Of a stretch of DNA of 33,400 bases, positions 18,908 to 28,861 are shown one piece after another. Position 1 is the stretch's first letter. Each line of letters opens with the position of its first letter. The notes below the pieces were generated by a model. That model had not been told where the DNA came from and ran no database searches. It saw only the letters and a list, made by a program, of their open reading frames with translations. Source of the stretch: a virus. Lineage: Duplodnaviria > Caudoviricetes. Made by a program: the position numbers and the translations under genes. The stretch spans positions 1-33,400 of IMG/VR virus record IMGVR_UViG_3300012940_000316. The stretch is one strand, 5' to 3'.

Positions 18908-20353
18908 TTAACTAGCTATGTTATTAGCCGCAATTGTATTGGACCCCACAGTTGTTATCTGACCGTCCCTGTTTCCGGTGGCGATGTTGTTGGTAATAAG
19001 ATTATAGTCACTATTACCGATTTCTTCCAACCCTCTAGTCTGCGTAGCAATGCCTTGGTCATCAAACAAGTTATTGTTACTAATGGTATTATACATAGAT
19101 GGGATACTACCCTCATCACGTATTTCAATACCCTGGGCACTATTATTAAACACCTTGTTGCCAACTAAACTACAGTGCTCTACACCACGTAGACTTATAC
19201 CCTGGCTCCCATTGTTGTATATATGGTTAGATCCTAAATTATTAACTTTGGTTAAAGTAAGGATTAGGCCCTCACTGACGTTATCGTGTATGTGGTTTCC
19301 ATCAATCAGGCTTCTGGTTGCCCTAGAGAGTATACCGCAGTTTCCATTGGACATCACCTTATTGCCCAAGAATTGAACGTCTTCGGCTTGTTCCGAGAAC
19401 TCCACCCCATGTCCATCATTGTAGGCCATAATATTGCTGCTGACTATGGTGCCCTTAGACCGGTTAATAAATAGACCCTGGCCACCACCTTGTGAAGAGT
19501 GACAAACGTTAGAGGATATAATGTTGTTCTGGGAAAATCTAGACTGGTCTTGTGGTGCGTTGTCTACTCTTATGCCCGTAGCATTGTTACCCACACATAC
19601 ATTCCCATTAACAGAGTTAAAGAACCCACCTTCAATAGCTATACCAGTACCCTCCCCATTAGGGGCATTAACTAAATAACTATTGAAGCCACTAATATTT
19701 CCAGAAGCCACACTATAGTCTGAGTGTGTAAACGATATCCCAGCCCAACCCCCATCAATAATAAGGTTCCCCACTACCGATACCCTTTTACTAGACCATA
19801 CTCCTATGCCCTGGTCGTAAACATGATATACTTTACAGGAACGGATAGTAATGTTCTCGCAACCCTTCTCATCATCAACAAAGGGTTCTTTACCTTCCCA
19901 TCCAGCCCATCCCCCTAGTTTAATACCAGACATCCAAGCATTGATGGTGTTAACACCTGACAGATCACAGAAAGTACATCCTATTAAGCGTAAACAATTC
20001 TGTAGCTCTTCATTTGTTCCTATATCATTGTTGTCTCGATTACCATCCAAAGTGAAATCTTTGAAGGCCAGATTATCACTGTGAGAGATGTTCATAACAT
20101 TTCCATGATCATCAGGCGGGAGAATTAGCACAGAGGATGGCCCATCCCCACAGAACAAAATGTTAGAGACATTGGTTATATCCAACTTCGCCCTATAGAT
20201 ACCCTTAGGGATGTGCAATATGCCCCCTCCATACTGATTTAATTCATTTATTGCCCGGGTTATAGCGTATGAACAATCGAAAACCCCACCTGATCTAGCC
20301 CCTTTATCAGTAATGGATAAGGATCTCGTGGGATGTGACTGTTGAACATACAT
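18908..20353 (-). CDS. right-handed beta-helix (pectate lyase-like) virion protein / depolymerase
   Basis: GARSGGVFDCSYAITRAI...GGILHIPKGIY; many I..N...N...GI Asn-ladder repeats. Confidence 0.8.
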   Translation of the reverse strand: MYVQQSHPTRSLSITDKGARSGGVFDCSYAITRAINELNQYGGGILHIPKGIYRAKLDITNVSNILFCGDGPSSVLILPPDDHGNVMNISHSDNLAFKDFTLDGNRDNNDIGTNEELQNCLRLIGCTFCDLSGVNTINAWMSGIKLGGWAGWEGKEPFVDDEKGCENITIRSCKVYHVYDQGIGVWSSKRVSVVGNLIIDGGWAGISFTHSDYSVASGNISGFNSYLVNAPNGEGTGIAIEGGFFNSVNGNVCVGNNATGIRVDNAPQDQSRFSQNNIISSNVCHSSQGGGQGLFINRSKGTIVSSNIMAYNDGHGVEFSEQAEDVQFLGNKVMSNGNCGILSRATRSLIDGNHIHDNVSEGLILTLTKVNNLGSNHIYNNGSQGISLRGVEHCSLVGNKVFNNSAQGIEIRDEGSIPSMYNTISNNNLFDDQGIATQTRGLEEIGNSDYNLITNNIATGNRDGQITTVGSNTIAANNIAS

Positions 20354-20370
20354 ATGAGACCCACCCCTTC

Positions 20371-21498
20371 TTAACGCATATTAGCCGTTACAAAAGTATT
20401 ATTCCCGACGGCGAGTACAGGGTCTTCCTCCACATAATTATCGGTGAAGAAGTTTCCAGTGATAAAGTTATGATCACAGTTAGTAGACTCCTCGACACAA
20501 TACTTATACTTGCCTTCTGGTCGATCTGTGTTCATAGCAAAGGTGTTCCCATTAATCATGTTACGATATGCCCCATTATCCGGGCTTATGGACTCGAAAC
20601 GAATGGAGGAATATTGACCATTGTAGTCATTGGGGTTAGGGGCATTAGGGTCTTTTCCACCAAACATATTATGACTAACCAAGAAATTCCAGGCCCTCCC
20701 CACGAAGTTTATATCCTCCCTATAACCAGCTTCAAACTGACAACCCTGAATGGTACCAAATGCGGCATAATCAGCCCTTATATGAACATTATTTTTATAC
20801 AGATGGCAACCAATAAGCCTTGAACCCCAACCGGTAAGTAGAATACCACAGGAGTTGTAGTCTATATTATCTATTCCGGGGACTCCATTGCTCCCTATCA
20901 TTGTTTGACTAACATTACTGTCAGTTCCTAACCTCATACCAATTAGGCGGTTGTCTAAAACGTAACATTTAGATACGTAGTTCATTAGGGAACTGCCACC
21001 GCCTGGATCTAAATTTAATCCCATCTCACACTGTGTCAGCCAAAGGTTTTCAAATATGCACTCCTGTGCGGCTACCTCAATACCCACAGAGTGGGTAGTT
21101 GGGTCGTCATTCTTGGGGCCTTCTATGCGAAAGTCCTTAAAGATGCATTTAATTAGGGTCTGATTTTCATCCAGTCTCTTGATGGCCTTTGTGTTACCCA
21201 ATGGACGGATTTGGGTACTATGACCCGAACCAGTTATCATCATCTCACTTTTAACAGTGATACTGTCAGATAAATATACATTACCCTCCATGAGGTGAAT
21301 GTTTCCACGCGACATACTATGGATAACCTCATTAATCTCCATCTGGTCATCCTGACCTTTTAGAACTACATCTGCGCCCTTTTTAGAAGTGTCGCTAGCA
21401 TCATATGGGGCTATAGTTACTGACGCTCTACCCCATCCGTTGGTAATAAAACCAATAAGTGCCCTAAGGTTCTGAGCTGTTATACTGGCGATGGTCAC
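20371..21498 (-). CDS. right-handed beta-helix virion protein
   Basis: ADVVLKGQDDQMEINE..., GNIHLMEG, ITGSG, ITGNFF repeats; GTG start. Confidence 0.75.
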   Translation of the reverse strand: MTIASITAQNLRALIGFITNGWGRASVTIAPYDASDTSKKGADVVLKGQDDQMEINEVIHSMSRGNIHLMEGNVYLSDSITVKSEMMITGSGHSTQIRPLGNTKAIKRLDENQTLIKCIFKDFRIEGPKNDDPTTHSVGIEVAAQECIFENLWLTQCEMGLNLDPGGGSSLMNYVSKCYVLDNRLIGMRLGTDSNVSQTMIGSNGVPGIDNIDYNSCGILLTGWGSRLIGCHLYKNNVHIRADYAAFGTIQGCQFEAGYREDINFVGRAWNFLVSHNMFGGKDPNAPNPNDYNGQYSSIRFESISPDNGAYRNMINGNTFAMNTDRPEGKYKYCVEESTNCDHNFITGNFFTDNYVEEDPVLAVGNNTFVTANMR

Positions 21499-21517
21499 GG
21501 TTACACCCCCTTAACGA

Positions 21518-21549
21518 TTAAAAGAGGCCCCGCACAAAGCGGAGCCCTA
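21518..21549 (-). terminator. rho-independent terminator after the major capsid gene
   Basis: minus strand AGGGCTCCGC-TTTGT-GCGGGGCCTC-TTTT. Confidence 0.75.
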
Positions 21550-21555
21550 AACAGA

Positions 21556-22464
21556 TTAAGAAGCCGTACCATCCGAACCAACCAGGCCTCTCCAGTCAGA
21601 GTAACCAACAGAGAAACGAAGGTAACCACGATATTTAGCGACCATTGTATCGAAGTTTTCTTCACCCTTAAACTCAGGCTTAACTCTCCAGAAAAACCAT
21701 AACTCATGGAGGGTGCTATCAGCTACAAACCATGACTTGGTATCATCGAGATAGCTGAGGATAACGGGCTTCAACTTACCCTTTAACACGTTCGTGTCAT
21801 TATCTCCAGTGCCAGCTTGGAGAGCAGAGTTAAGTACCCGTAGAATTGTAAACTCCAAATCAGTGGGTGCAATAATGGTATCTGCTTTAGCCTGGATCTT
21901 CAGTCCATTATCATTGGTCTGGGCCTGAAGCAACTTGATGGCTTCTTCTAATGCCGCCCCGGAACCATCAAATACCAAGTCAAGGTAGTTATCACCAACG
22001 GCTGCGGGGTTTTTCTTATCCTTACCCTTTAATGGGTGGCTATCAGAGAAGAGAGGTACTCCATCATACCCACTTTGAGTGAAACCATTATTGAATACGC
22101 TAGACGCGGTTGTTTCAACAAGTGCACGACCTCCACGTCCAAGCTCCTTAGGTAACTTATTAATAACATCATACATCTCGTCATCGGCCAGTTTACGCGG
22201 AACCTGAATGCCCTTGGCATACTCTTCATGAATATATGTTACCTCGTCACCCATACCGATCTCAGCGTAGCTAATTGGGCCAGACTCAGCCTTTTTTTCC
22301 CACAGGCCAAGACCAGTGACATGCTGATCAGTCTCTTTCGCTTTCTTAGAGTCGGCAACATGGAAGACACCGCTGTACTCTTCTGGCTTTTCATCATAGG
22401 ACTCGAAGAAAACCTTACGAAGTTTTGGCTCAAGAAGAGCCTGGAAATTACCAGATGCAATCAT
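21556..22464 (-). CDS. major capsid protein (Mu gpT-like family)
   Basis: LLEPKLRKVF, FNNGF..GYDGVPLFSDSHP, WF, RFSVGYSDWRG; follows scaffold and cement genes and precedes a terminator. Confidence 0.85.
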   Translation of the reverse strand: MIASGNFQALLEPKLRKVFFESYDEKPEEYSGVFHVADSKKAKETDQHVTGLGLWEKKAESGPISYAEIGMGDEVTYIHEEYAKGIQVPRKLADDEMYDVINKLPKELGRGGRALVETTASSVFNNGFTQSGYDGVPLFSDSHPLKGKDKKNPAAVGDNYLDLVFDGSGAALEEAIKLLQAQTNDNGLKIQAKADTIIAPTDLEFTILRVLNSALQAGTGDNDTNVLKGKLKPVILSYLDDTKSWFVADSTLHELWFFWRVKPEFKGEENFDTMVAKYRGYLRFSVGYSDWRGLVGSDGTAS

Positions 22465-22490
22465 TCTATATTCCTCCCTTAGTTATGATA

Positions 22491-22901
22491 TTAAAGTGCC
22501 TGTGCGGAGTCCTCAATAGTAACCCAAGCATACTTACCTTCGTTGTTATACTTAACAACCCGAAGGGTAGCACCCGTTACGTCATCAAGATCCATTTTGT
22601 TATCTGAGGCGCTATAGTCAAACACCGACCCAATGTCGGCTTGGGCTAAAGAGGTCTTGCTGGAGCCCTTATACTCACATCTGTATACGGCCCTCTGATT
22701 AGTAATAACCTCGATGGGCTCATTGGCAACTGCTGAAGTTGCAGACACCCCAATAATATTGGTGTCACCGCCAGCACAGGCCACTACTTTACCAGCGGAA
22801 AGTTTAACGGGCTGGTTAGCCAAAATGGTACCCCCCGCAATGTACTCTTGGGTACGCCGTTCCCCGCCATTAAGGTCATAAGCATAAATAAAATCGGCCA
22901 T
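22491..22901 (-). CDS. capsid cement/decoration protein
   Basis: 136 aa, beta-rich, IIGVS motif, between scaffold and MCP. Confidence 0.6.
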   Translation of the reverse strand: MADFIYAYDLNGGERRTQEYIAGGTILANQPVKLSAGKVVACAGGDTNIIGVSATSAVANEPIEVITNQRAVYRCEYKGSSKTSLAQADIGSVFDYSASDNKMDLDDVTGATLRVVKYNNEGKYAWVTIEDSAQAL

Positions 22902-22919
22902 TCGGGATCATACCTCCTC

Positions 22920-23816
22920 TTATTGTTTAGGACGAAGTGCTCTAGCTTCATCAATTGAAGTAATACCGGAATACTTCATGTATTCCACAGGGTCCATTCC
23001 TACCTTCATTGCAGCCGCTTGGATTTCAGGCGTCACTTTAGGACCACCATTTTGACCGCCCGAGTCTCCACCTTGAACTTGTTTAGTTCGGTTATTCGTG
23101 ATATTGTTCATGGTGCGATGTTCCGCATCAGAGGCGGCGGAGGCTGAAAGTCTTTGGGCGGCCATTTCACCAGCTACAGCCCAATAGGCTTGCTGGACTG
23201 ATAGACCGGATTGCACAGAAAGGTCGATGATTTGATCGCGATACAAGTCAGCATCAGCATACTTGGGATCCGATTTCATCTGGTCGACTTGCTGACCAGC
23301 CAGCACCTTTTTGGTTTCATTGAGCTGTTGCTGGGTTTGTTGCTGTTGATTTTGGTAAGCCTGGTAGCCTTGAGGTGTCATACCCATTTGTTTCGCCTGA
23401 TGTTGGGCGTGCAAGGTTTTCAGGTGTTGGCTAATGACATTAACGTCCTTGGATCCGATGATGTCGCCAATCATCTCAACTGCCTGCTTATAGACCTCAG
23501 AACCCTCATACTGCTTCTTAACGTCATTAACCCGGCCGCTAATCATCTTGGCAATCGCAGCTTTTTGTTCCGGTGTAAAGGTTACTCCACCATCGCCTTC
23601 AAGACTTCCGGTTACTCCAGCCGCTGCTCCTTCTTGGCCTCCGTCGGTTCCAGCCTCAGCCGCTTGACCTTGATTGCCTTGTTGTCCTGCACCTTGCTGT
23701 CCCTGATCCCCGAACTGCTGTTGCTGTTGTCCAGCTCCTGCCTGTCCGGCGTCACCATTACCACCACCTGCAGCTCCACCATCTTGGTTCATCAAAAGAC
23801 CTCTTAACCACCCCAT
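22920..23816 (-). CDS. capsid scaffolding protein
   Basis: G/Q-rich disordered N-terminus, TFTPEQ...RV coiled coil, C-terminal VTPEIQAAAMKVGMDPVEY. Confidence 0.75.
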   Translation of the reverse strand: MGWLRGLLMNQDGGAAGGGNGDAGQAGAGQQQQQFGDQGQQGAGQQGNQGQAAEAGTDGGQEGAAAGVTGSLEGDGGVTFTPEQKAAIAKMISGRVNDVKKQYEGSEVYKQAVEMIGDIIGSKDVNVISQHLKTLHAQHQAKQMGMTPQGYQAYQNQQQQTQQQLNETKKVLAGQQVDQMKSDPKYADADLYRDQIIDLSVQSGLSVQQAYWAVAGEMAAQRLSASAASDAEHRTMNNITNNRTKQVQGGDSGGQNGGPKVTPEIQAAAMKVGMDPVEYMKYSGITSIDEARALRPKQ

Positions 23817-23857
23817 ACTATTTCCTCCTTGCCTGCTAACGTTCGGCGTACGAAGTT

Positions 23858-23929
23858 TTCATCGTCTGTTCCGAAGTGTCAGGTTAATAACCCCACCACA
23901 GGGTGTTCATCGTCTGTTCCGAAGTGTCA
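23858..23929. repeat. exact 24-nt direct repeat, two copies 48 nt apart
   Basis: TTCATCGTCTGTTCCGAAGTGTCA at 23858-23881 and 23906-23929. Confidence 0.95.
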
Positions 23930-23970
23930 ACCCATACAAAGATCATCAGTGGGGTTTCCTGATGATTATG

Positions 23971-24237
23971 TTAGCGGAGGTATAACTCACCGCCTTTCAT
24001 GATACCATCTTCTTGAACAAGATCCCTAAGTGTCTTACCGGCTGGGCCATGCCAGCCACAAACAGGGCAGGTTCTATACCTCTTCACAGGGTCATCTTTG
24101 CGCGTATCGCCAAGAGTAAGGTTAGAACACTTAGGACAAACATCTAGGTCTAAAACCCTGTGAGCAACCCCCTCCATTCGTACAAAGGGGTTCTTCTTGT
24201 GCTGTGTAGTATATTTATATAAAGTGCTAACCCTCAT
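23971..24237 (-). CDS. small Zn-ribbon protein
   Basis: CPKC...CPVCGW; basic; between portal and scaffold. Confidence 0.7.
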   Translation of the reverse strand: MRVSTLYKYTTQHKKNPFVRMEGVAHRVLDLDVCPKCSNLTLGDTRKDDPVKRYRTCPVCGWHGPAGKTLRDLVQEDGIMKGGELYLR

Positions 24238-24239
24238 AG

Positions 24240-26120
24240 TTATCTACCCCCTAACGCCTGCTGTAGTTGCCCAATAATAGTGGGATCCATACCATTAGGT
24301 GTTCCAGTCTGAGGTGGTGCCTCTGGTTGTACCTGTTGTGGCTCTCTCATCTGACTAAATACCCCTTGTATCTGAAACGGCGTCAACAAAGGCCAATCTA
24401 TCATCTCTTTAATAAAGTGGCGTGTTTCCTCCGTAGTAAGTATCTGCTCCCTATGCAACTCAACAGCAGCTTGGTAAAGGAATGCTTTGTTCTTTGGAAG
24501 TCCGGCTCCAATTGAAACATGGAAATCAAACTCAGCCTCTTTGGTTTCATACCTATCAGGAACTTCCTTACCCGCCTCGTCTACCACAGGTAGCTTTTTC
24601 AGAGGAACTACACCATTGACATCTGGCTGGGCCAGTCGGTCAGGTACAAGTTTAGGGATCTCATTATACATTGAGCCCTTTACCCAGATGAAATTATCGT
24701 CGCCTTCTACCTCTTTTCCAGCAATACGAATAGCTATCTCTTGGTTAAAGTGCTCCTTGAATTGTTCAAAGGCAATAGTTAATACCTCAGACAACCCCAT
24801 CTGGCTCATCAGACGTTTGTGATTTACCCGTCGGTTGCCAGCTTCTTGAAGTGCGATGATGGCAGAAGCCGCTTTAAGACCTGCAGGCTTACGACCATCA
24901 ACTACGTCTGGACGTCCTGAGATGATTTCCGACTCCCTCTTAGCGAGCTCCCTCCTATCCATAATATGGGGAGGTAGACCCTGTGGCTGAACAATACGCC
25001 ATGCGGTAGGGTCCCTGGCTGGGACTCTAAGACCAACCCGATTAGTCCATTTGTTAGGATTAATCCCTGAGGCCAGGCCCACTACAATTTGGATGTTACC
25101 CATCAGCCTAGTGTTCAGTCGGATCTGGTCGTCAATATCGTTGATAAGGTCTTGGGTAGGTTTAAGCATTTCAACGTCTCCCATACCCCAAATTTGTCCT
25201 TCCCGAAGATAACAAGGGACAATGACAAAGGGATATTTGCCATGCTTATAAAAACCCTCACTTGGCCTATGGAAATACTTGGCATCCTTTCCCTCTCTCT
25301 TCTTCTCATCCCATCCACTGTCCCACAGGATAACATCATCGGCTTTATACACCAGCCTTAAAAGCCCTTCCTCATCTTTACACCAGTGCTCTATTAAGGT
25401 GGTGCTATTGTTTAGGATACCGACAGCATCTTTAATACCCTCACCCTGATAAATATTAGCATCATATTTGGTTCGGGTCCTGGGCCTAACGTATTTAGCG
25501 CGGACTCCGAAACGTCTGACAAGCCAAGTCAGAGAAACATCAGACACCTGACACATAAAATCCGCATCCTGTATTTTGTAGGGGCTAGTTACTTTGGGGT
25601 CGCAGTAAAACTTTTCCGGCCCAATAACATCTATACAAACCTTTCCCCTACCCTTATTACCTAAGGGGTCAAAATAAACCTTCCAAATGCCAGTCCCATA
25701 TTTTAACCGATGTCTTTCAAACTGGTCTTGCTTAATAGTCATAGTATTCTGATCCCATATCCACTGTAAAATAAATTTTACGTAAGAGGCATGGGCCTGG
25801 TCTGATGGTTCCCTGCCTTTAACAAGGAAATCCACAGGACTGTCAACTAAATCTGAAACCTGTGACTCAATAACTGGGTGGATCACATTGGTCACCGACC
25901 CAGGGTCATCTTCAGATTGTGGTTCGTTCTGTTTACTACGCCAATAATCATCAAATGAAGCCCATTGGGTATGTAAGTTAAGCTGTTGCACCCCAATGTA
26001 GGCGGCTTTATAGTTGTCATCTACCATCTTATTCGTGATCCAGTCCTTCTCACTATTAGGATGGTCAATGCTCCGTTTATGCTCAATCTGGTTGTCCTGT
26101 CTTACGCTTGCCCTCGCCAT
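24240..26120 (-). CDS. portal protein (P22-like)
   Basis: NVIHPVIESQVS, KYGTGIWKVYFD, FYCDP, YPFV, WGMGDVE.L...QD.IN, AASAI; follows the terminase. Confidence 0.85.
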   Translation of the reverse strand: MARASVRQDNQIEHKRSIDHPNSEKDWITNKMVDDNYKAAYIGVQQLNLHTQWASFDDYWRSKQNEPQSEDDPGSVTNVIHPVIESQVSDLVDSPVDFLVKGREPSDQAHASYVKFILQWIWDQNTMTIKQDQFERHRLKYGTGIWKVYFDPLGNKGRGKVCIDVIGPEKFYCDPKVTSPYKIQDADFMCQVSDVSLTWLVRRFGVRAKYVRPRTRTKYDANIYQGEGIKDAVGILNNSTTLIEHWCKDEEGLLRLVYKADDVILWDSGWDEKKREGKDAKYFHRPSEGFYKHGKYPFVIVPCYLREGQIWGMGDVEMLKPTQDLINDIDDQIRLNTRLMGNIQIVVGLASGINPNKWTNRVGLRVPARDPTAWRIVQPQGLPPHIMDRRELAKRESEIISGRPDVVDGRKPAGLKAASAIIALQEAGNRRVNHKRLMSQMGLSEVLTIAFEQFKEHFNQEIAIRIAGKEVEGDDNFIWVKGSMYNEIPKLVPDRLAQPDVNGVVPLKKLPVVDEAGKEVPDRYETKEAEFDFHVSIGAGLPKNKAFLYQAAVELHREQILTTEETRHFIKEMIDWPLLTPFQIQGVFSQMREPQQVQPEAPPQTGTPNGMDPTIIGQLQQALGGR

Positions 26121-26454
26121 TTAATTCATCACCTCCCATTGGTACAACTGGATCTGGAGCGAAACCATAATTTACATCATCATCCATTTCCCTCTCTTGG
26201 TCATCCTCATCCATACTGAAATATTTATATCTAGGCAACGGTTGGGTTTCAAATGGATTGAATTCAGAACCAGGGATATGTCCTCCACCCAAAGAGTTAG
26301 CAATCCTATTGACCGCCTCATCTTCATCAAACTTCTCAGTGTAATTCTTAATCCTGCCATTAAGACCCAGTCGATACATAACAAAGCCCACAGCAATATT
26401 ACTAACTAGAAAGAAAACCCAAACGATGGAGGCTAACAAGATAGATGAAATCAT
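26083..26454 (-). CDS. membrane-anchored hypothetical protein with acidic tail
   Basis: N-terminal TM (ISSILLASIVWVFFLVSNIAVGFVMY); between TerL and portal. Confidence 0.6.
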   Translation of the reverse strand: MISSILLASIVWVFFLVSNIAVGFVMYRLGLNGRIKNYTEKFDEDEAVNRIANSLGGGHIPGSEFNPFETQPLPRYKYFSMDEDDQEREMDDDVNYGFAPDPVVPMGGDELNGEGKRKTGQPD

Positions 26455-26458
26455 CTTC

Positions 26459-27973
26459 CTACACACCCCCCATCATCTCGAAGTCTTTAATAGAGACATA
26501 ATCCCCATGATTTGTATCCTCGTCCTCATCTAGTGATGGGTGACGATCAGGAGCCACTCTACCCACCCTTTGACCGGGCTTTAACGGATCATAGGATAGA
26601 GCTCCCAGACCTATACTCATCAATAGATAACCCAAAGCATCAATGGCATGGTCATCCCTCTTTAGAGGTTTTGACCTGTGGTCTGAATTGGCCCCCCTGG
26701 GCTGTGGTTTCCATTTATATGAACCCATCTGTGACCTTAGATGAACACACCTACTGGAGATGTGTATTCTAAACCTCAACAAGAATTGGTGGATTGTTGC
26801 GATCTTGGTGTTCACATCATTAGGTGATGGGATCAGACTAACCCCTTCCTTTGCATATAACATCATTGGTGACTCACCATTAGCCCCTCTGTTCTGAGTA
26901 GAAGGGTCAGCATAGACATAATTAAGACCTTTTGACTTTATCCATTCGGCAACTACCCTGATATTCGCTTCTTCTTTGTAATATTCGTCTTCCACCCATA
27001 AATCTATCATCCCATCAGGGGCAATTCCTACCTTGGCCACAGGAACAGCGGTGGGGGCTCCAACGCCAAAGTCAAAGCCAGCTTCAATACGTGATAGTCT
27101 ACTTACATGGGCCCGTATTTCGGGTGAGTTTTCGTCATATGTGTGCATGGTGTAGGCCTCTTCAATGGTTACAGCGTGCCTTTCACCACGTTTATCCACA
27201 AATTCTGTGAATATCTGGCCCTCAAATACATCAAATGATGCATCTAAGAAGCGGTCAACCCAGTCTTTAGGGTTGTTCTTCCGTAAATCTTCAACATAAC
27301 CCGGCGGCAAATATGGGTTTTCATCCGATTTAACGGTGATCCCCCAGTTAGTATCGGGTTTTTGTGGGCCAAAGAACCATTTCCAGATCCAGTTCTTACC
27401 GCCAGAGTTACTCGTCACCCACCCACGAAGGGGTCCAACGACACCGCGAAGACGGGCGCGAAGCATAAGGAAAGTTTCTTCCGGTACCTCAGAGCCATCA
27501 GCCTCTGTAGCTTCGTCAATCCAGAAGTAATCTAAGTCGAGGGAACCCAGTGGACCCGGCTCGTCGAGGCGCCTGAATAATATTTCACTGTATATGCTCG
27601 GCACAGGAGTATAAAGTAACAGATGACCCGTCGTCTCTCTCCACTTATAGATAAGTTCTGGTGGACAGATCTCGAAAAAGCGGCGCTGTGTGGTATCCCG
27701 AAGTGAGGTAGCTTCAAGACGACCGATCAAACCAAGGGAACCGGGGAATGCCTGCGATAGCTTGATAGCTTCACGAACGCCCATCGTTGTCTTCCCGCCA
27801 CCAACCCCTGATACAATAGCCCGATATTTAGCGGGTGACTTGTGGAAATGGGACTGGTGTGCTAATGGCTTATAATTGCCAAACCCGTCCTTACGTTCGG
27901 TGCTCTTCTTCGCTATGGCATCATTCGTTTTGTTCCGGTTCTTCGGCCTCGCTCGATCCGCCATCAGAGACAC
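26459..27973 (-). CDS. terL: terminase large subunit
   Basis: Walker A SGVGGGKT, Walker B FWIDEA, TSN coupling motif, ENPYLP, nuclease GFDFG, YADPS, DDHAIDAL. Confidence 0.92.
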   Translation of the reverse strand: MSLMADRARPKNRNKTNDAIAKKSTERKDGFGNYKPLAHQSHFHKSPAKYRAIVSGVGGGKTTMGVREAIKLSQAFPGSLGLIGRLEATSLRDTTQRRFFEICPPELIYKWRETTGHLLLYTPVPSIYSEILFRRLDEPGPLGSLDLDYFWIDEATEADGSEVPEETFLMLRARLRGVVGPLRGWVTSNSGGKNWIWKWFFGPQKPDTNWGITVKSDENPYLPPGYVEDLRKNNPKDWVDRFLDASFDVFEGQIFTEFVDKRGERHAVTIEEAYTMHTYDENSPEIRAHVSRLSRIEAGFDFGVGAPTAVPVAKVGIAPDGMIDLWVEDEYYKEEANIRVVAEWIKSKGLNYVYADPSTQNRGANGESPMMLYAKEGVSLIPSPNDVNTKIATIHQFLLRFRIHISSRCVHLRSQMGSYKWKPQPRGANSDHRSKPLKRDDHAIDALGYLLMSIGLGALSYDPLKPGQRVGRVAPDRHPSLDEDEDTNHGDYVSIKDFEMMGGV

Positions 27974-28352
27974 CTCCTACATAGTTCGGCATATCGCCCC
28001 ACTCGTCTTGAGAAAACACCAGTTGGATGGGTGCATGGGTATTTCGGAGATCACCTTCAATTTTATGGTTCTCCTTATACTTTTCGGGACGGTTGGCTTT
28101 AAGAAGAAGAGCCATCAAGGAGTCAGATTTCTCCTTAGCCCTTTCGATAGCCACCATCTCAAGATCATCGACAAACCTTTCCTGCATGTCCTCGAATTTC
28201 TCCTTAAAATTCGGATACTTTTCAAGCCACCTACGAACGGTTTTAATAGGGACCCCAGCCCTATCAGCCGAACGGGACATTATACCCGATCTTGCGTAGG
28301 CTTTCAAGAACTTTACCATAATCTCCTTACGTTCTTCAGAGGTATAAGTCAT
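27921..28352 (-). CDS. terS: terminase small subunit
   Basis: HTH SADRAGVPIKTVRRW; SDSLMALLLKANRPEKY motif; immediately upstream of TerL. Confidence 0.8.
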   Translation of the reverse strand: MTYTSEERKEIMVKFLKAYARSGIMSRSADRAGVPIKTVRRWLEKYPNFKEKFEDMQERFVDDLEMVAIERAKEKSDSLMALLLKANRPEKYKENHKIEGDLRNTHAPIQLVFSQDEWGDMPNYVGGVSDGGSSEAEEPEQNE

Positions 28353-28390
28353 ACCACCCCCATATGATTTTACCATAAAGTAAAACCCCC

Positions 28391-28858
28391 TTATTCGCTA
28401 TCATATTCAATCAAATAGAAAGTGAGGTTAGGAGTCTGCTGCCCTGCCCCGGAGTTACTCTTCCTCACAGAAAGGACATCATCATGCCCAACTACTACCC
28501 CCTCCCCGTAGCTTTCGACAAAGTTAAACCCACCAAAGCTATCATTTGAAACATAGTAACCCATAGAGTTACCATTTAAGGCCATCTCCTGCAAAGTAAC
28601 ATCAGCAGGAACACCACCTTCAACCTTAGCGATCTTCCATATCTTCCCTTCAGGTGGACTATCCAGGATGTGGAGCTCATAACCAGCACCGGGATCAATC
28701 TGAACTGGCATGTCTATCTTCTTAAATACGCCTTTAGATAGTGGGCTAACGACAACCTTAAAGCCATTAGAGTCAAAATATTCGGCTTCATTAACAAAGG
28801 TGCCATCCTCTTTAACCAGCCTACCCGACCGAGTCTCATAAAAATAAACGGGCCTCAT
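28391..28858 (-). CDS. hypothetical, probable virion protein
   Basis: GGAGG RBS; SGRLVKEDGTFVN N-terminus; beta-rich body. Confidence 0.6.
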   Translation of the reverse strand: MRPVYFYETRSGRLVKEDGTFVNEAEYFDSNGFKVVVSPLSKGVFKKIDMPVQIDPGAGYELHILDSPPEGKIWKIAKVEGGVPADVTLQEMALNGNSMGYYVSNDSFGGFNFVESYGEGVVVGHDDVLSVRKSNSGAGQQTPNLTFYLIEYDSE

Positions 28859-28861
28859 CTA

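Noticed and set aside
21499-21558. Read-through or frameshift fusion of MCP to the in-frame downstream beta-helix gene
   Set aside because: A second in-frame stop (TAG) follows three codons after the MCP TAA, a terminator intervenes, and no slippery sequence is evident
23211-23807. 198-aa Leu-rich + strand ORF
   Set aside because: Antisense shadow of the Gln-rich scaffold gene (CAG read as CTG); no RBS
23858-23929. CRISPR mini-array (two repeats, one spacer)
   Set aside because: Only two 24-nt copies and a 24-nt spacer, no leader, no adjacent cas genes, and only a loose match to GTT...GAAAC ends; kept as a regulatory RNA candidate instead
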